Origin: Spirochaetia bacterium
GTDB lineage: Bacteria; Spirochaetota; Spirochaetia; DSM-16054; Sediminispirochaetaceae
NCBI GenBank assembly: GCA_034520965.1
Contig: JAXHMY010000002.1
Location: 320,001-384,000 of the forward strand
Direction of reading: 5' to 3'
DNA length: 64,000 nucleotides
In this document: positions 20,474 to 30,301 of the stretch, piece by piece
Layout: each line of letters starts with the position of its first letter
Numbering within the stretch: the first letter of the stretch is position 1
Made by a program: the position numbers and the translations under genes
The notes under the pieces: model-generated
The model's input: only the letters and a program-made list of their open reading frames with translations
The model's database searches: none
Told to the model about the DNA's origin: nothing

Positions 20474-21982
20474 TTAGTGGTGCCGACCCCGTCGCCCGGC
20501 CCACCCTGCCCCTTCGGTCAGCCTTGCCCCGCCCCGGAGGCCGAGGCTCAGCAGCAGAGGTACGGCCGGCGCCGGCAGCTGCTGCGGAAGCATAGGAAAC
20601 AGTCCCAGGGCAATGAGCGCTGCTGCAGCGGCGATTCCCGCATACCACCGGATAAATGGGGGCTGTTGCCGGGGCTTTTTGCTACTCCCTTGGGGGCCTT
20701 GCGAGAGTCCCCTGGAGCGTCGTTGGTGGCGCCGTTTTTTTATTAATAAAAATGCAATGATTACATGCACTGGCCATGCCCACAGCAGATGGTCAGTTGG
20801 CAGTAGTCGTCACGTATCCCGAGAAAATCCACAACAGCAGGCTTGCCGTACCTATCAATCCCGCAGCTCCAAATAGGAGCGCATCCAGGGCCCGTGCACC
20901 CCGGGACCAGCGAAAGCGGGAGAGCGTAAGCAGGAGCGCGGCGGCAAAGAGCAGCCACAGCAGCAGCGAGGGCAAAAGAGACCAGACTCTATCCGCGAAA
21001 GACGGCCCAACTTCCGCCTGTCCGGGCTTGCCGCCGGCCGAGGGCACGATGTCGGTGCCGTTACGTCCTTTGTAGACAAAGCGGGTCTTTCCCATCAGCG
21101 GCCGGCCGTCTAACTCGGCCGCCTCTACCGCCTCCATAAACTGCCCCGGCAGGTAAAGCCGGCGTTCGCGCCCAGGCACTCCGTCGGTGGGGCTGCCCAG
21201 CATCAAGTTAATGCCGAACTTCACAAAGGGCTTATCGACCAGATACGGGCTAATTGCCTTGCGATAACTTACCGCCGGGCGCTCACCCAGCATAAAGCTG
21301 ATATCATCGCCGAAGAGGTCCCACAGCAGGTCTCTTACCCGGGTGGTGCAGTTATCATAAAAAAAGTCATAGATGTAAATTCGGTTCTCCGGACGCGCAT
21401 TTATTTCAAGAAACTCAAACACCGCCTGTCGCTCGGCGGCGGAGAGCAGCAGGTCCTGCTCGTAGATGCTGCGGTTCTCGTACCGGCTGTAAAAATCGTA
21501 GGCCCGGCGGGTCTGCACCACCCCCAACATAAAGGGCAGCTCCCCCGTCACAAAGCGGGGAATAAAGGTGGCGTCAAAGGGCACCGAAGACTGGCCGTAG
21601 TTGTACAGCAGGTCAATCTCGTACACCGGATCTTCCACCCGAATGGCCGTGTGCCCGAACATGGAATAGAGGGCCCGGCCGGGAAAATAGTTACCATAGT
21701 CAGCTTTGCCCGGGGCGAGAGCTGCAGCACTTTTTGAGTCTGGGGTTCCTCCTGTTCTTGGGGCTGTTCTTGGGGCTCGGGCTGCGTTTTGAGCTGGGAT
21801 TCCTCCGCCGGAAGATTCACCGGCCGGACAACTGCCAGGCAGAGGAGCATCAGCGTAGCCATGAGGAGGACTGCCGGCCCGGTTTTTGGAAGAGCCAAGG
21901 GCAAAGGCTTAGGAGTTACTTTTGGGGCTTTTGTTGTGGATAATTTTAAAAATGCTTGGAGGGCACACATATTTTTTTTCAC
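20474..21982 (-). CDS. DUF4105 / Lnb-like lipoprotein N-acyltransferase domain membrane protein, split by frameshifts
   Basis: FGHTAIRV and YDFFYDNCTTR motifs, C-terminal TM helices; ORFs 21548-21982, 20793-21662 and 20474-20770 are collinear; start uncertain. Confidence 0.7.
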
Positions 21983-22044
21983 GATCCTACCTTACTCAAG
22001 AGCCGCCCTTTTTTCAACGCCTAAAAACAACTTTCCCTTGACCT

Positions 22045-22186
22045 CAGGAATTCTAATTTTGGAAGTCTTTTGACTTCCAAAATTAGAATAACCTCAAACC
22101 CTTTAAGGTAAATTACTTATCCTAAAGAAAATGTGAGCATTCTAAATTTTAAAATTTTAATAAAATTTTAAAATTTAGAATTGCTG
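22045..22186. mobile_element. MITE copy 1 (double hairpin, CAG...CTG terminal inverted repeats)
   Basis: TIR CAGGAATTCT/AGAATTGCTG; flanks ccttgacct / tcttgacct (8 of 9 match). Confidence 0.85.
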
Positions 22187-22226
22187 TCTTGACCTGATTC
22201 GTATATCGCCATACAGTATTTTCAGA

Positions 22227-23855
22227 ATGACCCTAGATAACCCTGAAGAATACCACACAATTTTTGAACACACTGGAACCGCTATGGCCTTAATAGACGC
22301 GGATCATACCCTGCTTAGGGTAAACCAGGAGTTTGCCCGTCTCACCGGTTTTTCTATGTCGGAGATAGAGGGAAAACTTTCTTGGACCAGCTTTATCCAT
22401 GAGGAAGACAAGCAATTGCTCCTCGATCGCCATGAGCAGCGGATGAAGTCGACGGGTACCCCGCCTACTTCCTATGAGTTCAGATTTTTAGATCGCTACA
22501 AGAAAACACACAATGTGCATTTAACTATCACCTTTTTGGCTTCAAGCCGGCGATCGATTGTCTCCCTTATTGATATTACCGAGCATAAACATCATCAGCT
22601 TATGCTTGAACGGCGGCTTACTTTGGAAAGGATTATTGCCGAAAGCTCACAAACCTTTATCAATGCCACCGAGAAAGAGATCGATAACGCAATTTACCGA
22701 GTATTACAGGCGGTCGGCTTGTTTTCAGAAGCCGACCGCAGCTATGTGTTTATGTTCTCCGAAGATGAAAAAACCATGAGTAATACCCACGAGTGGTGTG
22801 CCGAGGGGGTAAGCCCGCAGATCGAGATGCTGCAAGAATTGCCGGTAAAAGAGTTCCCCTGGATTGTAGAGGAGCTGCAGGCCGAAGGAAATATCAATAT
22901 TACCGACCTAAACGACCTTCCCGCGGCGGCTGCTGCGGAGAAAGAGATTCTAGGGGCCCAGGATATTCAATCTTTGGCTATTGTCCCAATACTTTATACC
23001 GGTCGGCTGCGAGGCTACCTGGGCTTTGACTCTACCCGGAAGCAGACAGCCTGGAGCGACGAAGACTTCCTCCTGCTGCGAACTATCGGAAATGCTATCA
23101 TCAATGCGTATATGCGTTGCAAACTCGAACACCAACTACTGCAATCTCATAAGATGGATGCAATTGGCCGCCTTGCCGGTGGTATCGCCCACGATTTTAA
23201 CAACATTCTGGCAACCATCCAGGGGAACAGTCAACTTCTGTCCTACTCGGAGTGCATGAGCGACAACGATAAAGAAATTCTCGATACAATCATTCACTCT
23301 ACCGAGAGCGGAAGCAGTCTCACACGCCAACTGCTGGCTTTTAGCCGGGATGAACCCTTGTCCGCTGAGATTATCGATGCAGATATAGTCGTTAGCAAGA
23401 GCCGGCAGATGCTCGAACGCTTGTTGCCGCAGAAAATTCACCTGCACACTCATTATGACAGTGCCGACAGCCGGATCAAGATTGACCCGATCCAACTGGA
23501 ACAGATAATTATGAATTTGGTACTAAACAGTGCAGATGCAATGCCGGAGGGCGGAGATATCACTATTCACAGCAGCCAAACCCATATGAGTCCCTCGAGC
23601 CTGATTAACGGTTATGAGGTTATCGCCGGAAAGTATCTTTTGTTACAAATTCAGGACAGCGGCCATGGTATGAGCCGGGAAACAGTGGATAAGGCAATTG
23701 AGCCTTTCTTTACCACCAAAGCGCCGGAAAAAGGAACCGGACTGGGGCTTTCCACTGCCTATTCAACAATTCACCAAAACTCAGGCTACATGGAGATTAG
23801 TTCTCATCTTGGCAGGGGAACCCGAATCGATATTTACCTGCCCATCGTGGAATAA
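22227..23855 (+). CDS. PAS-GAF sensor histidine kinase
   Basis: PAS and GAF (SNTHEWCAEG) domains, H-box AHDFNN, G-boxes DSGHG and GTGLGL. Confidence 0.9.
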   Translation: MTLDNPEEYHTIFEHTGTAMALIDADHTLLRVNQEFARLTGFSMSEIEGKLSWTSFIHEEDKQLLLDRHEQRMKSTGTPPTSYEFRFLDRYKKTHNVHLTITFLASSRRSIVSLIDITEHKHHQLMLERRLTLERIIAESSQTFINATEKEIDNAIYRVLQAVGLFSEADRSYVFMFSEDEKTMSNTHEWCAEGVSPQIEMLQELPVKEFPWIVEELQAEGNINITDLNDLPAAAAAEKEILGAQDIQSLAIVPILYTGRLRGYLGFDSTRKQTAWSDEDFLLLRTIGNAIINAYMRCKLEHQLLQSHKMDAIGRLAGGIAHDFNNILATIQGNSQLLSYSECMSDNDKEILDTIIHSTESGSSLTRQLLAFSRDEPLSAEIIDADIVVSKSRQMLERLLPQKIHLHTHYDSADSRIKIDPIQLEQIIMNLVLNSADAMPEGGDITIHSSQTHMSPSSLINGYEVIAGKYLLLQIQDSGHGMSRETVDKAIEPFFTTKAPEKGTGLGLSTAYSTIHQNSGYMEISSHLGRGTRIDIYLPIVE

Positions 23856-23867
23856 GTATCTAAACGG

Positions 23868-24551
23868 TTATACATGGCCAAAAGAGGCATGCAGTACTTT
23901 TCCAAAGGAGCTTGTGCGCACCACTTCGGCGGGAATGTTTCTATAATCTTTTTCTCCAAACTTAAAAGATATTTTAATATCATCGCCCTGAAAAAAACGC
24001 TTGTCCGGATTTTCCATCTTACAGCCGCCGCGGCTTAAATCAAAAATTCTGGCCTCAATGTGTGCATCGCTATGCTCGATCGGGGCCACATAACCGGTAA
24101 TTTGCACTGCCCTCCGCGTGCTCTTTCTGCGCTGCACCGGCAGCTCAGCCATCAGGGCCTCGGTTTTCCCCATTTTTGTTTTAGCGGTGATGCTTTCCAG
24201 CAGCTGCTTATCTACTGTATGTTCCCGGGAATAGGCTTGCAGGCTGTCGTGAAAGGCCTGATAATTGACCAATAACAGATACTTCTTTTCCGGGTTTTTT
24301 AAGTAGGAGCTGATGCCCTCCAGCAGTGTGATTTCATCGTTGTTTAACTGGTAAATTCGGCAAAGGGAGTCCCACTTATTATTCAGAAAATTTCTCGTCC
24401 GTTTACGCTCTTTCCGCCTCCGCATAACACCCGCCACCGCTAAAAAAACAAAAAAGCCGAACACAACAACAAGAAAAAGTGCCGTTTCCAGGGGCGACGT
24501 TTGCAAATCACGGGTAAACAGCATTTTGATAATCTCCTGCACTTGTTCCAT
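23868..24551 (-). CDS. Membrane-anchored PilZ domain protein
   Basis: N-terminal TM; QRRKSTR and DLSRGG c-di-GMP motifs. Confidence 0.85.
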   Translation of the reverse strand: MEQVQEIIKMLFTRDLQTSPLETALFLVVVFGFFVFLAVAGVMRRRKERKRTRNFLNNKWDSLCRIYQLNNDEITLLEGISSYLKNPEKKYLLLVNYQAFHDSLQAYSREHTVDKQLLESITAKTKMGKTEALMAELPVQRRKSTRRAVQITGYVAPIEHSDAHIEARIFDLSRGGCKMENPDKRFFQGDDIKISFKFGEKDYRNIPAEVVRTSSFGKVLHASFGHV

Positions 24552-24721
24552 TCTTCAACTCCTACTCTAAATCTACTATAAAGCTGTCCGGATTTAAAAC
24601 AATTAATGCCACATAATGCCACACAGTGGCTAAAGGCGGCACTTTTTATGATTTTATCATGATTTTTTTTGTCACCTTTATTCATAAACAGTATATTTAA
24701 ACCAGTATTAAGGAGGTTTGT

Positions 24722-25958
24722 ATGCGCAGTAGAGTAGTATATATAAGTATTTTCATTTTTCTCTTTGCAGGTCTGGGGATCATGCCGCTGAGTGCAGGCG
24801 GGAGCCAGGAGAACCGAGCAGGCCAAGAAGCCGGCAGCGAAGAGGATTCGGCGGGTTTTATGAAAACAACAGAACCCGGTAAGGGCAATGAGAACAGCTC
24901 TCTTAAAAGTTCCGGAAGTGAAAAGGAGATCGACCCCTTTTCCGAAGCGGAGCTGCAGTATCTTGAGCCCTACGACACTGCCGTGTTTGCGGGTGGTTGT
25001 TTCTGGTGTCTTGAACAGCCCTTTGAGCAGCTGGTAGGAGTGGCCGAGGTTATCTCCGGTTTCACCGGCGGCAGCAAAGAGAATCCCACCTATCGCCAGG
25101 TAGTCTCCGGAACTACAGATCACCGCGAGTCGGTGATAGTTTATTACAACCAGGATGTTATCAGTTATGAGCAGCTGTTGCAGGTATTCTGGCGGAATAT
25201 CGACCCCACCGATCCGGGCGGCCAGTTTGTCGACCGCGGCAGCCATTATGCTACCGGCATATTTGTCAATAGCGAGCAACAGCGGCGAATTGCCTCGGAG
25301 TCGAAGCAGCAGATAGAAGCCTCGGAGCGTTACAACCGGCCAATAGTGACAGAGATTCTGCCGGCGGGCCGTTTTTACCCTGCCGAGGAATACCACCAGG
25401 ATTATTACCTGAAGAGCGCTGATGCCTACAAACGCTACTACCAAGGGTCCGGACGGGGCAGTTTTATCGCCGAGCTGTGGAGCAACACCAAAACCCCGGA
25501 AGGCCTGGAGACAAAGGCCGGCCGGTGGAACAATTTTGATAAGCAGCAGAGGTTTTCGGAACTCTCTTCGCTTCAATATAAGGTAACCCAGGAAAATGGC
25601 ACCGAGAGGGCATTCAACAACGAATATTGGGATAACCGAGAGAGAGGGCATTTATGTTGATATTGTAAGCGGCGAACCCCTGTTTAGTACGACCGATCAG
25701 TACAAATCCGGTACCGGGTGGCCAAGCTTTACCCGGCCTATCGACCCGGATAATGTGACCTATCATGAGGATAGATCCCTCTTCAGCATGCGGATTGCGG
25801 TAAGCAGCCGCTTTGCCCATAGTCATCTTGGCCATGTGTTTCGCGATGGCCCCCAACCGACAGGATTGCGCTACTGCATGAACTCTGCAGCCCTGCGGTT
25901 CGTACCAAAAGAAGAGATGGCCTCCGAGGGCTACGAGCAGTATCTGGTACTGTTTTAG
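24722..25958 (+). CDS. msrAB: Exported bifunctional methionine sulfoxide reductase MsrA/MsrB (frameshift ~25637)
   Basis: GGCFWC and AEEYHQDYY (MsrA); [14 protein letters not shown] and RYCMNS (MsrB); signal peptide. Confidence 0.9.
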
Positions 25959-26590
25959 CGGCGCTCTTGGGCGGCCTGCTGGGCCTTTGTCATGATCTCC
26001 CTTACCGTTTCATTCCACATGCCCTCGGTATACCATTGAGCCATGGTCTCGAGAAACTTGCGGTAGAGTTTAGCAAACTCCTTGGCCGCGGCCTTATCCT
26101 CGGACTGTTTTGCGTAGAGTTCCATCAACTGGGGATTCTCAGCCTTCCAGGCATCCTTCATCTCGGCCACCTTTGCGGGAGCTTCAATCCAGCGCAAAAT
26201 CTCATTGCCCTCGCCGTCCCACAGTGACACTACAGGTATGTGCGTGTCCCCGTCCCGCTCATAGCGGGTTTTCAGTTCTCCGTGTTCCGATCCGCGAAAG
26301 ATACGAATGGGTATCTCTACGCTCTTGAACAGCTGGTCCAGGAGGGGCATATTACAGATCCAGTCGCCGCACCAATCCTCGGTGGTGACAGTGGCCCGTA
26401 CCGGCTGTGTAAAACCCCCTAAGGCAATCCGCAGCTTCTCGATATCAGACTGGGCGGGGCTGTCCGCAGTGCCGGCCTGATCCATCAATTTCCGTACCAA
26501 AGAACGATAGTGACGAAGCTCTTTTAGATACACCTCGACCGTCATTCCCTTCTCAAAAAAGTCTGTAGTCATTTTTTCTAAATATTCCAT
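25955..26590 (-). CDS. Thioredoxin-like protein (Thioredoxin_9 type)
   Basis: TEDWCGD motif; cis-Pro IPV. Confidence 0.75.
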   Translation of the reverse strand: MEYLEKMTTDFFEKGMTVEVYLKELRHYRSLVRKLMDQAGTADSPAQSDIEKLRIALGGFTQPVRATVTTEDWCGDWICNMPLLDQLFKSVEIPIRIFRGSEHGELKTRYERDGDTHIPVVSLWDGEGNEILRWIEAPAKVAEMKDAWKAENPQLMELYAKQSEDKAAAKEFAKLYRKFLETMAQWYTEGMWNETVREIMTKAQQAAQERR

Positions 26591-26684
26591 ATACTGTCAA
26601 AGATATATAGAGTTCGGCTGGAGATCAAGCTTAATAAAGAAACAGGCTTTACCCCGCCCGCGATTTCATATAGAGTCAGGTGCT

Positions 26685-27584
26685 ATGCACATAATACTCG
26701 GTCAGATTTTCGCGCTTCTCACTGCCGCCTGCTGGGCACAGAACTCGTTGGTATACTCACTTGCCGGAAAGCGGGTGAGCTCCTCCACGGTCACCCACAT
26801 ACGTCTATGGATTGCCCTGCCTGCCATCATGCTGGTTCATTTTGTATTTAACGGCACTTTTTTTCCAGTGGGACTGCCCCTGGAGGGGTATCTTTACTTG
26901 GGCGGATCCGGGCTTATCGGCTTTTTTTTGGCCGACCTGTTTATTTTCAAAGCCTTTGTGGATGTGGGACCCCGGGAAACTCTGGTGATCATGACCCTCT
27001 CTCCAATTTTTGGTGCCATTATGTCGCTGCTGCTACTGGGTGAGCTGCTTACGCCCCTGCAGATAATCGGTATTCTTACCACCGTGGCCGGAGTCGCCTG
27101 GGTAGTGTTTGTAGAGCGCAGCGACCCGGGCAAAAAAAACCGCAATTATGTACTGGGGGTGCTGTTTGCCTTTTTAGGCGCCTTTACGCAGGCTGCGGGA
27201 ATGGTACTGGCAAAAGGGGGCATTGTCAGCGGCGTCCATCCTATCTCTGCAAACGCAATTCGCATCAGTGCAGGCTTGATAGGTATTATTATTTTTGCCG
27301 CCGGCCGAGGTCATTTGATAAGCGATTTCCGAAAGATGACCGATCGAAAAGCCCTTCTGCTGATAGCCACCGGAGCTCTGGTGGGTCCCGTACTCGGGAT
27401 TATTTTAACCCTGTACGCTTTCCAGTGGGCACCGGTGGGAGTTGTCACCACCCTAATGCAGACTTCACCGATTCTGCTGTTGCCTATAGAACGCTTTGTC
27501 TTCAAGAAGCATCTGCCCCTGGGGGCGATTGCGGGCACCTTCTTGGCCATCGGCGGGGCAGCCCTCCTGTTTATTGCTCCTTAG
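26685..27584 (+). CDS. DMT/EamA family transporter
   Basis: Ten TM helices in two EamA repeats. Confidence 0.88.
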   Translation: MHIILGQIFALLTAACWAQNSLVYSLAGKRVSSSTVTHIRLWIALPAIMLVHFVFNGTFFPVGLPLEGYLYLGGSGLIGFFLADLFIFKAFVDVGPRETLVIMTLSPIFGAIMSLLLLGELLTPLQIIGILTTVAGVAWVVFVERSDPGKKNRNYVLGVLFAFLGAFTQAAGMVLAKGGIVSGVHPISANAIRISAGLIGIIIFAAGRGHLISDFRKMTDRKALLLIATGALVGPVLGIILTLYAFQWAPVGVVTTLMQTSPILLLPIERFVFKKHLPLGAIAGTFLAIGGAALLFIAP

Positions 27585-28178
27585 CGGTCGGCAGTGTAAT
27601 CCTTCTAGCCTTTTATCATTGTAGCGGCATCATAAAAACCGTGTTATTCTAAGCTATGCGGGTTTCTAAAATCTGTACACGAAATTTTTTGGTGAGATTT
27701 AATAATTGCCTTCAAGGCGTGCGCAATATATGGCTAAACAGAAACTGCAGTATGAGCGCTCAAAAAGGCGGGGATCCTCTCTCACCGCTGGTACTACCAA
27801 TTGTTCTACTATTACAATTCAGTATCTTCGGCTTGTTTCAAATATCCAGTACAGCATCAGAACAGGCAGCAATTTTGCATGCCTTCGAATGGCACTTTCA
27901 TATCCTTATCTCACTCTCGGCGGGGCTTTCCCGATGAGTGTAGAAAGCGGAAAGAGAACTCGGCACACAAATTTTCTCTTATGCGCCGAATAACATTGAA
28001 CTTGCTCAAACAGGAGACTTCCTGCACACGGAGTATCGCAGGTAAACGTCTGTTGTCCGGCTGGGACACCGGGTATCTTGAAAAAGTTTTGTTTAAGGTC
28101 TAACTGCGTGTGCCCTGGGCGGCGGGCCCTGTTGTATTCCATTTTTACATGGTATGATATTTGCTGGAGAGGTGGCCC

Positions 28179-29219
28179 ATGCCGACTGATGATACCCGTG
28201 AAAACAGGCTTGAAAAAACAGGCGACTACGCACGTCTACTGGTTGAAATAAAAGAGCGCGTACGTTCCGCCCAATACGAGGCTTTCAAGGCTGTCAATAA
28301 GGAGTTGGTCGGACTTTACTGGGACATTGGGCAGATAATTGTCGAGCGGCAGGCGGATGCGAAGCACGGTTCGTCCATTGCGGAACAGCTATCCAAAGAT
28401 CTACGGGCCGAGTTTCCGGGGATTGGCGGGTTTTCCCGGCGCAACATCTTCTACATGCGGGAGTTCTACCTGCTGTATCGTGACGATGAAAGAGTGCAAC
28501 CACTGGTTGCACAAATCGGCTGGACCCACAACTTGGTCATACTTCAGCGCTGCAAAGACCCCTTGGAACGTGAGTTCTATATCCGCATGACTCGCAAGTT
28601 CGGATGGTCGAAAAATGTGCTCATCCATCAGATCGAGAACCAAAGCTACGAAAAATCACTGCAGGGGCAGACCAACTTCGACCAGGCGCTGACGCCGGAG
28701 CTGCAAGCTCAGGCCAAGCTGGCCGTGAAGGACGAGTATACCTTCGATTTTCTGGAACTCGGTGAGGAATACAGCGAGCGCGAGCTGGAACGGGCGCTGA
28801 TTGCACGAATTGAGAACTTTATGCGGGCCATGGGTAGCATGTTCGCATTCATGGGCAGTCAATACCGGTTGGAAGTTGAAGGTGATGAGTACTTTATTGA
28901 CCTCCTGCTCTTTCATCGACGTCTCAAGGCCCTGGTGGTCATTGAGCTGAAAATCGGAAAATTTATACCTGAGTTTGTCGGTAAAATGCAATTTTACCTG
29001 ACAGCACTGGATCGGCACGTTCGTCAGGAGGATGAGAACCCCTCCATAGGTATCATTCTGTGCAAGGAGAAGAACCGCACGATAGTGGAATATGCCCTGC
29101 ATGATGCCAAGAAGCCAATCGGTGTGGCAACCTATGAAATTACCAAGACCTTGCCAAAGGAGCTGAAAGGAGAATTGCCTACACCAAAGGAGATCGCACA
29201 ATTGCTGGAGGATCTATGA
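28179..29219 (+). CDS. YhcG/DUF1016 PD-(D/E)XK nuclease family protein
   Basis: LYWDIG, GFSRRN, KDEYTFDFL, IDLLLFHRRL..LVVIELK and GKMQFY motifs. Confidence 0.92.
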   Translation: MPTDDTRENRLEKTGDYARLLVEIKERVRSAQYEAFKAVNKELVGLYWDIGQIIVERQADAKHGSSIAEQLSKDLRAEFPGIGGFSRRNIFYMREFYLLYRDDERVQPLVAQIGWTHNLVILQRCKDPLEREFYIRMTRKFGWSKNVLIHQIENQSYEKSLQGQTNFDQALTPELQAQAKLAVKDEYTFDFLELGEEYSERELERALIARIENFMRAMGSMFAFMGSQYRLEVEGDEYFIDLLLFHRRLKALVVIELKIGKFIPEFVGKMQFYLTALDRHVRQEDENPSIGIILCKEKNRTIVEYALHDAKKPIGVATYEITKTLPKELKGELPTPKEIAQLLEDL

Positions 29220-29430
29220 CGCCTACCGACACCACAGAAAAAAAATTGGAGACACTGATTGTCGAATCGCTCACCGGCGAAGCGGGCTACGTCCAGTGAT
29301 AGTGATTTGGTAGCCGCAGAAACCGGAGCTCACTACGAGTCTGATATGACCGAAGTCGACACCTTCGAGGATATGATCAACAATATCATGGAGTCGCGCA
29401 AGATGCTGGCCAACGCCAGCTACTTCGCCT
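29216..29430 (+). pseudogene. hsdR: Type I restriction subunit R (hsdR) remnants
   Basis: N-terminus MTPTDTTEKKLETLIVESLTG joined to the internal segment EDMINNIMESRKMLANASYFA. Confidence 0.7.
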
Positions 29431-29601
29431 CATTTTAAGCACTTCCTGTTTCCTAGACTCAAGGCAGACGTCCAGGCGCCGTATAACAGTCATCGGCAGG
29501 ATGACGTCTCTGTACTTACCGCGTACCTACACATCTCGAAGCACATCGTCAGCAATACCCCAGATGAAGTTAGCTATCCAGTTAAGTTGTCCATTATCCA
29601 T
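29431..29601 (-). pseudogene. hsdM: Type I methyltransferase (hsdM) N-terminal remnant with internal stop
   Basis: MDNGQLNWIANFIWGIADDVLRDV*VRGKYRDVILPMTVIRRLD. Confidence 0.8.
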
Positions 29602-29819
29602 ATTCATCCTCATTCTAGTTGTTGTAAATGTACCGCACCAGCTTTAGACCATAGCGTGGCAATTTTCTGATAATAGTACTACTGCTCTGTCCATTTGGTT
29701 AGTGTACGCCCTCTTTTTTCAATGTTTCCACGCGATTTTATCAGAATATGGGCTAAAACGAAAGTCTTAATACATTTTGCATTTCGCATTGACAGGGACA
29801 AAACAGGGCCAGAGCGCAT

Positions 29820-29848
29820 AAAAAAAGCACCCCCGGAGGGATGCTTCT
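29820..29848 (-). terminator. Terminator downstream of tRNA-Pro
   Basis: aagca.ccc/ggg.tgctt hairpin with a T-run on the minus strand. Confidence 0.6.
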
Positions 29849-29882
29849 CAAATAGTTCGTTGCAGGACAACGCTTTATTTAA

Positions 29883-29955
29883 TCGGGCTGGGCGGACTCG
29901 AACCGCCGACATCTTGATCCCGAACCAAGCGCGCTAGCCACTGCGCTACAGCCCG
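29883..29955 (-). tRNA. tRNA-Pro(CGG)
   Basis: Cloverleaf CGGGCTG...CAGCCCG; anticodon arm cttgg-ttCGGga-tcaag; GTTCGAG T-loop. Confidence 0.95.
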
Positions 29956-30055
29956 AATAAGAAACCAATCAAAAACAAAAATGTGTTCCTCCGAGCGGCA
30001 CGATGATGTAAGACAAGGTGACTGAACGGCCGCACGGCTGAACAACAAAAAAAGG

Positions 30056-30129
30056 CGGGAGCGACGGGGATTGAACCCGCGATCTCCGGCTTGACAGGCC
30101 GGCGCGATAACCATCTTCGCTACGCCCCC
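30056..30129 (-). tRNA. tRNA-Asp(GTC)
   Basis: Anticodon arm ccggc-ctGTCaa-gccgg; GTTCAAT T-loop. Confidence 0.95.
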
Positions 30130-30301
30130 ACGGGAACAGCCACACTATACTCAAATAGGTTTATTATGTCAAGCGTGGGTGCCAGACTGATGAGCAAAAA
30201 GAGCATCGCCGAATTGACACTTACGGTCTAGCGTGGTACTGTTTTTTGCAATCAGGTTAATTTCTTTAACAGTATCACACTATGAATTAAAAGGAACATA
30301 C

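Noticed and set aside
25630..25650. (GA)n tract in msrAB as a phase-variation switch
   Set aside because: Removing one C from aacc restores DNEREGIY without changing the tract; consistent with the general indel noise
28105..28135. att-site duplication of the tRNA-Pro 3' end bounding the RM relic
   Set aside because: Only 8 bp (ctgggcgg) shared and no integrase present
27590..28160. Short ORFs in the spacer before yhcG
   Set aside because: Overlapping, motif-less ORFs with no RBS; probably decayed DNA that I cannot identify
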